Notes under the pieces: generated by a model
What the model was told of the DNA's origin: nothing
Databases searched by the model: none
Seen by the model: the letters and a program-made list of their open reading frames with translations, nothing else
In this document: positions 30,842 to 39,467 of the stretch, in pieces
How the letters are laid out: each line of letters begins with the position of its first letter
Numbering within the stretch: the first letter of the stretch is position 1
From: Myxococcota bacterium
GTDB lineage: Bacteria; Myxococcota_A; SURF-8
DNA length: 64,000 nt
NCBI GenBank assembly: GCA_963674735.2
Contig: CAXXQS010000002.1
Location: forward strand, 1,728,001-1,792,000
Reading direction: 5' to 3'
Made by a program: the position numbers and the translations under genes

Positions 30842-31090
30842 TTAACGGTCGCGTTTCACGCGCGGCCAGCCGTTTTCCACCGGATCGTAACCGCCGGGAA
30901 AAAGCGGGTGGCAGCGTAAAAGCCGAGTCATACTCTTAAGTCCTCCGATGATCAGGCCGTAGCGCGTCACCGCCTCGATGGCGTAGTCGGAGCAGGTCGG
31001 ATGGAAGCGGCAGCGAGGTCCGAGCCAGGGAGAAATGATCCGCTGGTAAAGCCGAACCGGTAACACCGCCAGCCATCTCAGCCACATCAT
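30842..31090 (-). CDS. yidD: Membrane protein insertion efficiency factor YidD
   Basis: YQRIISP...[10 protein letters not shown]...LLRCHP..PGGYDPV. Confidence 0.95.
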   Translation of the reverse strand: MMWLRWLAVLPVRLYQRIISPWLGPRCRFHPTCSDYAIEAVTRYGLIIGGLKSMTRLLRCHPLFPGGYDPVENGWPRVKRDR

Positions 31091-31461
31091 GCCTGCATCT
31101 CCCGTTTGCGGCGCTGGTGGGCAAAGCGGCGGACCATTGTCTCGAACTCCTTGGCCACCAGATGGAACGGCGCGGGACGGGGGAGCTGACGTCGGGGAAT
31201 GACCACGATGTCCATGCCCTCACCTTCGAAGGGTTGCAGCAGCCGGAACGCTTCACGGCAGACACGCTTGATGCGGTTGCGCACCACGGCGCAGCCGACT
31301 TTCTTGCTGACGATCAGCCCCAAGCGGGCGTGCTCCACTTCGTTCGGCCGCAGTAGAAACACAAAGCAATTCGTGACGATCTTGCGGTTATCGGCCTGTA
31401 CTTTAAGAAAGTGACCGCGCCGCAAAATGCGCCTTGATCGAGGGAAACCGTTTGGTTTCAT
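31087..31461 (-). CDS. rnpA: Ribonuclease P protein component
   Basis: [21 protein letters not shown]. Confidence 0.95.
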   Translation of the reverse strand: MKPNGFPRSRRILRRGHFLKVQADNRKIVTNCFVFLLRPNEVEHARLGLIVSKKVGCAVVRNRIKRVCREAFRLLQPFEGEGMDIVVIPRRQLPRPAPFHLVAKEFETMVRRFAHQRRKREMQA

Positions 31462-31469
31462 TCACCTAT

Positions 31470-31619
31470 TTATTTGTGTCCGATCTGCACGGTCAGAAGT
31501 TTACGGCCTTTCGAACGACGAGCAGCCAGCACCTTGCGGCCATTGGCCGTCGCCATCCGGGCGCGAAAACCATGGGTGCGCAGCCGACGTTTGTTATGCG
31601 GATTATATGTTGGTTTCAC
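31470..31619 (-). CDS. rpmH: 50S ribosomal protein L34 (below the ORF-track cutoff)
   Basis: Manual translation from GTG 31619: [49 protein letters not shown]; GAGGTG RBS. Confidence 0.95.
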   Translation of the reverse strand: MKPTYNPHNKRRLRTHGFRARMATANGRKVLAARRSKGRKLLTVQIGHK

Positions 31620-31877
31620 GGCTCACCTCTCCGTTTGTTACCTATAAAAACCCTAATCGCTCAGGGGGCAGAAGTGAAGCATTAATACCCCGCGATGTCA
31701 AGTTATTTTGCCTCACGCTCCCTTGTGCGAGTGCTCGGTGTTTCGCAACGAGCGGGACATCGTATCTTCGCAAACCTTATAACGGAAAAGCCTTGCGAAG
31801 TCATGAAAAATCGTTCAGAATTAGACGGTTTTCCAAGCAGTATCATTACCCAAAATCGACTCAGGCGAAGTGGGGCC

Positions 31878-34031
31878 ATGGCAGAAGAAACTCTGAACCG
31901 AAAAATGCGAATCTTGGTTGTGGACGATGATCGGGAGTTGACCTCCGGTTTTATCAAGCTGCTCGAAGGTGAGGAGTTTGAAGTTCACGGTTTTTACAGC
32001 GGGAAATCGGCTCTGGATGCCATCCAGGAGCGTCCCTACGAGTTTGCCTTCATCGATGGTCTGCTTCCGGGGATCGATGGCTTCAAGCTGTGCGAAGAAA
32101 TCCGTTGGATCAAGCATTCGGAGAAGATGCCCATCGTGATGATGTCGGGAGTTTACCGTGCCAGTACCAGTGCGGTGGAGGCGCGTCAGAAGTATAAGCT
32201 TTTGGATTATCTGGAAAAACCGATCGCACCGGCGGTCATCATCAAACTGTTGCGCAAACATTTCGGCAACGAGTATCCCAAGCCGTTGGATATGATGGAA
32301 AGCGATGGCTTTCACTCCATGATCAACACCTATTTTATGTACGATGCAACGAATCTTCCGTTGATCGGTCGTTTGGAAGCCGTGCCGCTTCCGGTGTTGC
32401 TCAACCAGATCTGGGCCCGCAAACTGACCGGGCAAATGCTGATTTCGTGGAAGAAAGCCAAGAAAATCGTCAGCTTCGAAAAAGGACGGCCGGTGTCGGT
32501 TAGCTCCAATATCATCGGCGAATGCTTGGGGCAGCAGCTCCTCAAAGACTCCGTAATCGATCAAAACCAACTGGATGCGTCGCTTGAGATCATGAAACAG
32601 GTCGTCAAACGCCAGGGTGAAGTGTTGCTGCAGATGCATGCCATCAGTTCCCTGCAATTGGCCGAAGCCTTGCGGCGGCAATTCGAGATCAAACTGTTTT
32701 CCGTGTTTCAATGGCAGGACGCTTCGTACAGCTTCAAGGCCTTGGAGGCTTTGCCGTCGGTTCCCAGTAAAATGGATCTGCATCCCTACACCCTGATTCG
32801 TAACGGCGTGATGCAGCATGTGACGGTCGACCGACTTCAGCTCTGGTTGAAACCCTATCAAAGTGCCGAAATTCACGCCACCGAAAACTGCGAAAGCCTG
32901 ATGCGGGAAGGTGGATTCAATCTGAAGGAGACGCGTTTCGCCCAAAATCTGGACGGGCTGGAGACGTTGAAAGAGGTGCTGGAAACGCCGTTCAAACGCA
33001 AAGATGATATGGCGGCCTTCATTTTCACTCTGATCGCCATCCGTGCCGTACAATTGGGCCAGCCGAAAGAAGACGACAGCGAGGTGGATGGCGAGACAAA
33101 GGTGTTCAACGGCGAACGCGAAGAAAGTCTGCTCGTTGCTCATGCTCACCACTTGCGTGATATCAATCAGGTTCCGACCGAACGAAACGATATTTCCGTC
33201 ATGGGCGCATCGGGAAAAACGCGGGCGATGAGCAAAGAAGACATCGAACGCCTTGAACTGATGCAGATCTTGCAACGGCTGACACCGGAGCAAAAAGGCC
33301 AGTACCAGCGGCTGTACGAATTTTACAAGAAGAACCAGGAAAAAAACTATTTCGAGATTTTCGACAGCGATCGACAGACGCCGATCGAGCAGATTAAAAA
33401 GCGGTTTTTGGAATTGGCCAAAACCTACCACCCCGACACGATCGCCCATCAGGATGTGCCCGAGATTCGGCGGTTGGCGGATGAAATATTCACGCTGCTT
33501 TCCAAGGCCCATGAGAATCTGACCAACAAGAAGAAGCGGGCCGAATACATGGAATATCTCAGCGGGGGCGGCAATGAAGACGCCACCGAGGAAGTCGCCA
33601 AAATCCTGGCCTCCGAAGAGCATTTCATGGAGGCCAAAACCGCCATCAAGCGCAAAGATTGGACGGCCGCCAAGCGTTCCCTGCTGGAAGCGCTGAAACT
33701 CAACTCGAACGAAGGCGAGTATTATTGCGAGTTGGGTTGGGCGCACTTCAACCTATCGGCCAACGACATGGTTTCGCGGCAGGAAGCCATCAAGTATCTG
33801 GAAAAAGCCATCGAGGTGACGCCGCGACTCGCCGACCCGCATTTTTATCTGGGGTCGATCTACAAGTCCGTGGGCGATCTGGGTAAGTCGGTGGATGCCT
33901 TCAGAGAATGCCTGCGCATCGATCCCAAGCACCATCGTGCCAAAAGCGAGATGCGGCTATTGAAAATGCGCCGCGAGGAAGAAGTCAGGGCGAAGGCCAA
34001 GGGCGGCCTTTTCTCTCGCTTCAAGAAGTGA
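31878..34031 (+). CDS. Response regulator receiver-DUF4388-DnaJ(J domain)-TPR multidomain protein
   Basis: ILVVDDD...DGLLPGIDG...EKP receiver; KLTGQMLI...VSFEKGRP; KTYHPD J motif; C-terminal TPRs. Confidence 0.85.
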   Translation: MAEETLNRKMRILVVDDDRELTSGFIKLLEGEEFEVHGFYSGKSALDAIQERPYEFAFIDGLLPGIDGFKLCEEIRWIKHSEKMPIVMMSGVYRASTSAVEARQKYKLLDYLEKPIAPAVIIKLLRKHFGNEYPKPLDMMESDGFHSMINTYFMYDATNLPLIGRLEAVPLPVLLNQIWARKLTGQMLISWKKAKKIVSFEKGRPVSVSSNIIGECLGQQLLKDSVIDQNQLDASLEIMKQVVKRQGEVLLQMHAISSLQLAEALRRQFEIKLFSVFQWQDASYSFKALEALPSVPSKMDLHPYTLIRNGVMQHVTVDRLQLWLKPYQSAEIHATENCESLMREGGFNLKETRFAQNLDGLETLKEVLETPFKRKDDMAAFIFTLIAIRAVQLGQPKEDDSEVDGETKVFNGEREESLLVAHAHHLRDINQVPTERNDISVMGASGKTRAMSKEDIERLELMQILQRLTPEQKGQYQRLYEFYKKNQEKNYFEIFDSDRQTPIEQIKKRFLELAKTYHPDTIAHQDVPEIRRLADEIFTLLSKAHENLTNKKKRAEYMEYLSGGGNEDATEEVAKILASEEHFMEAKTAIKRKDWTAAKRSLLEALKLNSNEGEYYCELGWAHFNLSANDMVSRQEAIKYLEKAIEVTPRLADPHFYLGSIYKSVGDLGKSVDAFRECLRIDPKHHRAKSEMRLLKMRREEEVRAKAKGGLFSRFKK

Positions 34032-34146
34032 AAACCAAGAAATTACAAGATATTTCGGCGACGTAAGCGGTTGCCCCGAAGGCGTGGTCGGTGACGGTCC
34101 GGAGACCGCTACCCGCGAGGGGATCGTGTAGTTGCGTGCGGCCGCT

Positions 34147-34797
34147 TTACGGGCAGGCGTGGTCGCTGCAATGCCACAGGCCGGTTTTGCATTCGCAGCG
34201 GTTGCAGCCGGTATCGCGACCGGCAATGGCGCCTTCATCATCGCAGGCGGTCGCCTGGGCGACGGGTTCCACACAGCTTTCGCCGTCATCCGCCGCTTCG
34301 GCTTCCAGACAGGCCATCACGCATGCGTTGCAATACAACGCTTCGTCGGTGGCGCAAAGCCACTCGGCCGAATCATTGGAGCAGGCCTCGCAATCATCGA
34401 AACACTCCGGCGCGGGGATTTCGCAGAGGGATTGGTCCTTTACAATGCCGTCAAGTTCGCTCGGTGGCAAACATGGCGACAGCGTGCATCCATCGTCACG
34501 AAAATGGGCAATCCCGTAATGTTCTTCTTTACATGCAAGTCCCAAGTTCGGCTTGCGACAGTGCATCATCGACGGCGCCGCCGAAACGCTTTCGCAGGCC
34601 ATCTGGCATTCGTTGGCATAGACGTAGCCGTCCTCACCGCAGATACCGGATACCGTGGAGGCGATCCATCGTGTCTCGGAAAGCTGGCAATCGCCGACGC
34701 AAGACGTATAGGCATCGATGTCATTTTCGTCGCCACAGGCAGAAAAAAGAAACAAAGAAATGACAATGAAAACGAAATATTCTTGGATTTTTTTCAT
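34147..34797 (-). CDS. Cys-rich lipoprotein with Kazal-like x2 and pacifastin-like domains (putative serine protease inhibitor), allele 1
   Basis: Lipobox FSAC; ICGEDGYVYANECQMAC; LCATDEALYCNACVMAC; C-x12-CNRCEC-x2-G-x3-CSDHAC. Confidence 0.75.
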   Translation of the reverse strand: MKKIQEYFVFIVISLFLFSACGDENDIDAYTSCVGDCQLSETRWIASTVSGICGEDGYVYANECQMACESVSAAPSMMHCRKPNLGLACKEEHYGIAHFRDDGCTLSPCLPPSELDGIVKDQSLCEIPAPECFDDCEACSNDSAEWLCATDEALYCNACVMACLEAEAADDGESCVEPVAQATACDDEGAIAGRDTGCNRCECKTGLWHCSDHACP

Positions 34798-34812
34798 CTT
34801 TACACCTCCTGA

Positions 34813-36155
34813 CTATTCGTCGCAGCGGACAAAGGGATAGCCGTTATCTGTATGCTCGTCGCAATCCAGCCCCGTCTTTTCACGTATCCAGGAAATTTTG
34901 CGGTCGATTCGGCAAGCGACTTGATCTGCACCCGTTGGGGCAGCGCAATTTGATGGTTCTCCATTTGCACAAACCTGCCTTGCGGCACCTGAATGGATTG
35001 CATCAAAAAGCCACAAGTTACCTGTGTACCTCGCCCAACCCGTTCCAGAGTCACCAAAGCAAGTTCGGTAATTATCGTTAGCATCATCCTTAACCATGTA
35101 ACTATATACAGAATCAAGCGAGAAACTTCCCCATCGCTTAACACCATCTCCAGAGTCAATGCACATGGAATTGTATCCACTTCCCCAAATCGTTTGAGCC
35201 CATCCTTGCGAGGGTGTTCCATTATACAGTCGGGCTTCGCTTATATTGCGATTCCAGCCAGGGGAAAAATATATCAGGCCAATGTCATCGTTTGTATCAA
35301 CCGTTCCTCCACCGCCCGAGTAGTCAATATGCATACGAAACCAAGCTGTCTTTGCATTATCACACTCGGTATGGCCTGCGATTGAATCAGTGATACATTC
35401 CTTCGCGCCGGTATTTTTATTCCACCAGTAAACTTGCAGACAACCGGAACATGTTGCAGCCAAATCTGGATCATCATTCGGAATGGCCATATCAATGCAA
35501 TGCGCTGCTGTTAGAATCCAATGATCGTTAATAATAATTCCATTGCAATAGCTAGGCTCTGGAGCATTTGGAATATTCCAATAGTTAACCCATATCTCCA
35601 CCACACTCTGGCTTGAATTCCAACTGGGAGTATCCCCCTTCCAGATCATCGGAACGATTTCGCCTTCTTCGGTGTCATGGTCGGGTTCTTCGTGCATCGA
35701 CGCTTCCGAGGCGAGAAAGGCCTGTTCCTCCGGGTCCACCGGTTCGATGGCCGGATCGGGCTCGAAGAATTCTTCGCGGGTGTTCAGGTAGTTTTTGGCC
35801 TGGATCGCCAGATTGGCCTCGGCGCAGGTCGCCACCTCGGTCAGGCCAGTCAGTTTCACGGCAAGCGGGTTTTTGCTCAGGAAACGGTTGATGGCGTCGT
35901 AATGGTAGCGGTAATCGACGCCGTTGATGCGGCAGATGCCGAGATGCTCTTGCGAGTAGTCGTCGGGCGGCATCTCGCCTTCCTCGTAGCCGCAATGCCC
36001 GCCGTCGGAAAACGGTTCCACATCGAAACCGGAAATCAGCTCATTCAAGGCGATTTCATCGGGCGGGTCGATGCTTAAGGGGGGGGGTCACCACCGCATC
36101 CGTGGAACAGAAAAACCGCCAAAGCCGCACTTGCAAACACCATTACTCGCCGCAT
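34813..36155 (-). CDS. Trypsin-like S1 serine protease lipoprotein, allele 1; frameshifted at a C9 tract as sequenced
   Basis: WILTAAHC, DDIGLI, CFGDSG triad; signal MRRVMVFASAALAVFLFHGC from ATG 36155 (AGGAG RBS) joins the 34813-36048 ORF only if the tract is C7/C10/C13. Confidence 0.82.
36079..36087 (-). repeat. Poly-C tract (C9) in protease 1, candidate phase-variation switch
   Basis: G9 on + strand; reads GAC CCC CCC CCT TAA. Confidence 0.7.
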
Positions 36156-36200
36156 GAGCATCTCCTATCGATTATACATCCAATATGAGACATGAAAGAA

Positions 36201-36229
36201 ACTTTAGCAGTCGAATGAGGAGGTGTCAA
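36201..36229 (-). promoter_or_regulatory. sigma70 promoter of cassette 1
   Basis: TTGACA-N17-TAAAGT with TG extended -10; additional TATAAT at 36171-36176. Confidence 0.7.
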
Positions 36230-36399
36230 TCGAAAAAAGCGAGCGAAGGCCAAGGGCGGCCTTTTCTCTCGCTTCAAGAAGTGAAAACCAAGAAATTACA
36301 AGATATTTCAGCGACATAAGCGGTTGCCCCGAAGGCGTGGTCGGTGACGGTCCGGAGACCGCCACCCGCGAGGGGATCGTGTAGTTACGTGCGGCCGTT

Positions 36400-37077
36400 T
36401 TATGGGCAGGCGTGGTCGCTGCAGTGCCACAGGCCGCTTTTGCATTCGCAGCGGTTGCAGCCGCTGTCGCGACCGGCAATGGCGCCTTCATCATCGCAGG
36501 CGGTCGCCTGGGCGACGGGTTCCACGCAGCTTTCGCCGTCATCCGCCGCTTCGGCTTCCAGACAGGTCATCACACAGGCATTGCAATACAGCGCCTCGTC
36601 GGTGGCACAAAGCCATTCGCTCGTATCGTCGGAGCAGGCCTCGCAGTCATCGAAACATTCCGGTGCGGGGATTTCGCAGAGGGTGGAGTTCTCGGTAGGC
36701 CCGACATCACTGTCCCCAACGTCCTCACATAACTGAAGCGTACAACTATCAGATTGAAAAATCGCAGTATCGTAGTGCTTACAGCTATGGGACAGTTCCG
36801 GACGGCGGCAGTACATCATCGATAGCGCGGCTTCATCGCCGTAACATTCCATCTGGCATTCATTGGTGTATATGCTTCCATCTTGCCCACAGATACCAGA
36901 TTCATATAGACTCATTAGGCTGTCTTCCAGTTCTCCACAGGTTTCCAGGCAGACGGCCAAAGGATCGTTGTCACCGTCGGCATCGCCATCTCCGAGCGAG
37001 TCGTCATCCCCGCCGCAGGCGGAAAGGAGAAATACTGACAAGATAATGAAAATAAAATTTTCTTGTATTTTTTTCAT
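36400..37077 (-). CDS. Kazal-like x2 and pacifastin-like inhibitor lipoprotein, allele 2
   Basis: Lipobox LSAC; ICGQDGSIYTNECQMEC; C-terminal ~93 aa nearly identical to allele 1. Confidence 0.75.
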   Translation of the reverse strand: MKKIQENFIFIILSVFLLSACGGDDDSLGDGDADGDNDPLAVCLETCGELEDSLMSLYESGICGQDGSIYTNECQMECYGDEAALSMMYCRRPELSHSCKHYDTAIFQSDSCTLQLCEDVGDSDVGPTENSTLCEIPAPECFDDCEACSDDTSEWLCATDEALYCNACVMTCLEAEAADDGESCVEPVAQATACDDEGAIAGRDSGCNRCECKSGLWHCSDHACP

Positions 37078-37092
37078 TTTTCCACCTCCAGG

Positions 37093-38441
37093 CTATTGGT
37101 CGCAACGGACAAAGGGATAGCCGTTGTCTGTATACGACGGACAGGACAATCCTGTTTTGTCCCTTATCCAGGAAATCCTTCGATCAATACGACAACCGAC
37201 TTGAGCCGCACCGGTGGGTGCTGCACAGAAAGTTCTTCCGTTAACATCACCGCCATTACTACAAGTACCTTTTGCAGATGCTGAGTGAATGGCATCGAAA
37301 AGCCACAGATTTCCCGTATACTTTACCCAGCCTCCACCGGAATCGCCGGAACAGACTCGATAATCATCACCAGCGGCCACATAATCAACCACCGTATAAC
37401 TGGTCACGGATTCGAGAAAAAAAGCGCCTACCCTTTTAGTACCCAATCCAAGTGGAGTGCATAAGGAATTGAATCCAGCTCCCCAAATCGTTTGAGCCGA
37501 GTACCAGGGCGGTGTGCCGTTAAAAAGTCGAGCTTCACTGATGTTTTCGTTCCAGCCCGGCGAGTAGTATATAAGAGCGATATCGCTTCCTGAGTCCGGA
37601 TTGCCAGCATAGTCGATATGATAACGAAAAGTGGCGGTTTTTCCTGTTTGGCATTCGGCATGTCCCGGCGTTGAATCGGTAATGCACTCTTTCGTTCCCG
37701 TGTTTTTATCCCACCAGTAAGCCATCAGGCAACCCGAGCAACTATAAGATTTGTCGGGATCGTTGGGGGGAACCGCCTGATCGACACAATGAGCCGCCGT
37801 TAGAATCCAGCGATCATTGATAACAATCCCTGTACAGGTATTTCGATCATTAGGATCATCCCATTTGCCGGAATGAACTAGAACTACACTTTGGCTGGTG
37901 TTCCAATTCGGGAAATTGCCCGTCCAGATCATCGGAACGATTTCGCCTTCTTCGGTGTCATCGTCGGGTTCTTCGTGCATCGACGCTTCCGAGGCGAGAA
38001 AGGCCTGTTCCTCCGGGTTCACCGGTTCGATGGCCGGATCGGGCTCGAAGAATTCTTCGCGGGTGTTCAGGTAGTTTTTGGCCTGGATCGCCAGATTGGC
38101 CTCGGCGCAGGTCGCCACCTCGGTCAGGCCAGTCAGTTTCACGGCAAGCGGGTTTTTGCTCAGGAAACGGTTGATGGCGTCGTAATGGTAGCGGTAATCG
38201 ACGCCGTTGATGCGGCAGATGCCGAGATGCTCCTGCGAGTAGTCGTCGGGCGGCATCTCGCCTTCCTCGTAGCCGCAATGCCCGCCGTCGGAAAACGGTT
38301 CCACATCGAAACCGGAAATCAGCTCATTCAAGGCGATTTCATCGGGCGGGTCGATGCTTAAGGGGGGGGGGGGTCACCACCGCATCCGTGGAACAGAAAA
38401 ACCGCCAAAGCCGCACTTGCAAACACCATTACTCGCCGCAT
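37093..38441 (-). CDS. Trypsin-like S1 serine protease lipoprotein, allele 2; frameshifted at a C12 tract as sequenced
   Basis: WILTAAHC, SDIALI, CSGDSGG; same signal and propeptide as allele 1, from ATG 38441. Confidence 0.82.
38362..38373 (-). repeat. Poly-C tract (C12) in protease 2
   Basis: G12 on + strand; again one C short of frame. Confidence 0.7.
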
Positions 38442-38486
38442 GAGCATCTCCTATCGATTATACATCCAATATGAGACATGAAAGAA

Positions 38487-38515
38487 ACTTTAGCAGTCGA
38501 ATGAGGAGGTGTCAA
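38487..38515 (-). promoter_or_regulatory. sigma70 promoter of cassette 2
   Basis: Identical TTGACA-N17-TAAAGT. Confidence 0.7.
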
Positions 38516-38528
38516 TCGAAAAAAGCGA

Positions 38529-38570
38529 GCGAAGGCCAAGGGCGGCTTGTTTTCTCGTTTCAAGAAATAA
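38529..38570 (+). other. attR-like site: displaced original 3' end of the J-domain gene
   Basis: GCG AAG GCC AAG GGC GGC TTG TTT TCT CGT TTC AAG AAA TAA = AKAKGGLFSRFKK*, synonymous with 33990-34031. Confidence 0.8.
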
Positions 38571-38582
38571 TGTATCCCGGAA

Positions 38583-39185
38583 TCACAGAATACCCCAGCG
38601 CTTTTGAATGATTCGCGATACGGCGAACAACACCAGCGCGGCAGCGGCGACGAGCAGCAGGGCCGCCGGATGGTAGGGGGCGATCTGCCAGCGCATCAGC
38701 AGCGGGCTGTAGGAAGCCAGCGACGCCAGAACGACCGCCAGGGCGAACAGACGCGATCGGGGCGCTTTGTCTCCCAGGTGGGCGAAAGCCAGCGTGGCGG
38801 CAATGGCGGCAAAGGTGATGGCGAAGAGGTTGCCGGGATGCACCCAGGGATCGAAATTGTCGAGGGAGGTCTCGTGCCAGGCGATGAAGGCTTTCAGGGT
38901 GGCAAAACGGTAGGTGACCGCGCTACTCGAAAGCAGCAGCGACAACAGCAGGGTCCAAGGCATCCGCTTGCTGGAGTCGACCAGCGGTTTGCCGCGAAAG
39001 GTGATGTGTTGCGGAAGATTGAAGCTGCGAAAGACGATGGCCAGTGCGGCGAACAGAAACACCGCCAGGGTCACTTCCTGCGCCTGCAGCAGAATCGGCC
39101 AGTAAGGGTCGGGAAGACGCTTGGCCAGTCCGAGCATGGTGAAAGTGAGAGTCAGGCTGGCAAGCATCACGTACAGCATCGGCAT
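38583..39185 (-). CDS. Hypothetical multi-pass membrane protein
   Basis: About six hydrophobic segments; start uncertain (ORF track extends to 39374). Confidence 0.55.
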   Translation of the reverse strand: MPMLYVMLASLTLTFTMLGLAKRLPDPYWPILLQAQEVTLAVFLFAALAIVFRSFNLPQHITFRGKPLVDSSKRMPWTLLLSLLLSSSAVTYRFATLKAFIAWHETSLDNFDPWVHPGNLFAITFAAIAATLAFAHLGDKAPRSRLFALAVVLASLASYSPLLMRWQIAPYHPAALLLVAAAALVLFAVSRIIQKRWGIL

Positions 39186-39467
39186 CCTTGACGTTGCGAT
39201 TTTGTCGAGATTCGATCCTAAACCAAGTTCTTCGTGCAAGCAATAGACGCCCCGATTTTTATCTCCTCGTTTACTACTTACCGTTCCATGGAATTCTTTT
39301 TCTTCTTGTCTCCGTTTAGCGTTGACCCATTCCGGCAAACGCGGTAGAGCATACTCGGGTAGGCCGCCTCGCACGATTCGGGCGGTAATTGGGAAGAAGA
39401 GACCCGCTTGGGCGCTCTTCTTCTTCGAAAGCTAACAGGACGCGCGAAGGCGCGGAAGGAGGACGCG

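Larger units (their letters stand above)
33990..36242. mobile_element. Protease-inhibitor cassette 1 (2253 bp), integrated at the 3' end of the J-domain gene
   Basis: Bounded by the 18-bp core GCGAAGGCCAAGGGCGGC at 33990 and 36243; supplies the gene's last 13 codons; no integrase inside. Confidence 0.75.
36243..38528. mobile_element. Protease-inhibitor cassette 2 (2286 bp), in tandem with cassette 1
   Basis: Same 18-bp core at 36243 and 38529; ends near-identical to cassette 1, central ~1.2 kb divergent. Confidence 0.75.

Noticed and set aside
31620-31877. oriC next to rpmH
   Set aside because: No dnaA and no DnaA-box cluster.
31821-33746. 641-aa minus-strand ORF (likewise 51570-53531, 54977-56434, 60027-60971, 28628-29611)
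   Set aside because: Antisense or alternate-frame shadows of well-supported genes in GC-rich DNA, with no recognisable motifs.
33990-38570. Classical integron with attC sites
   Set aside because: No intI; junctions lack RYYYAAC...GTTRRRY boxes; cassettes carry their own promoters and a gene-end replacement.
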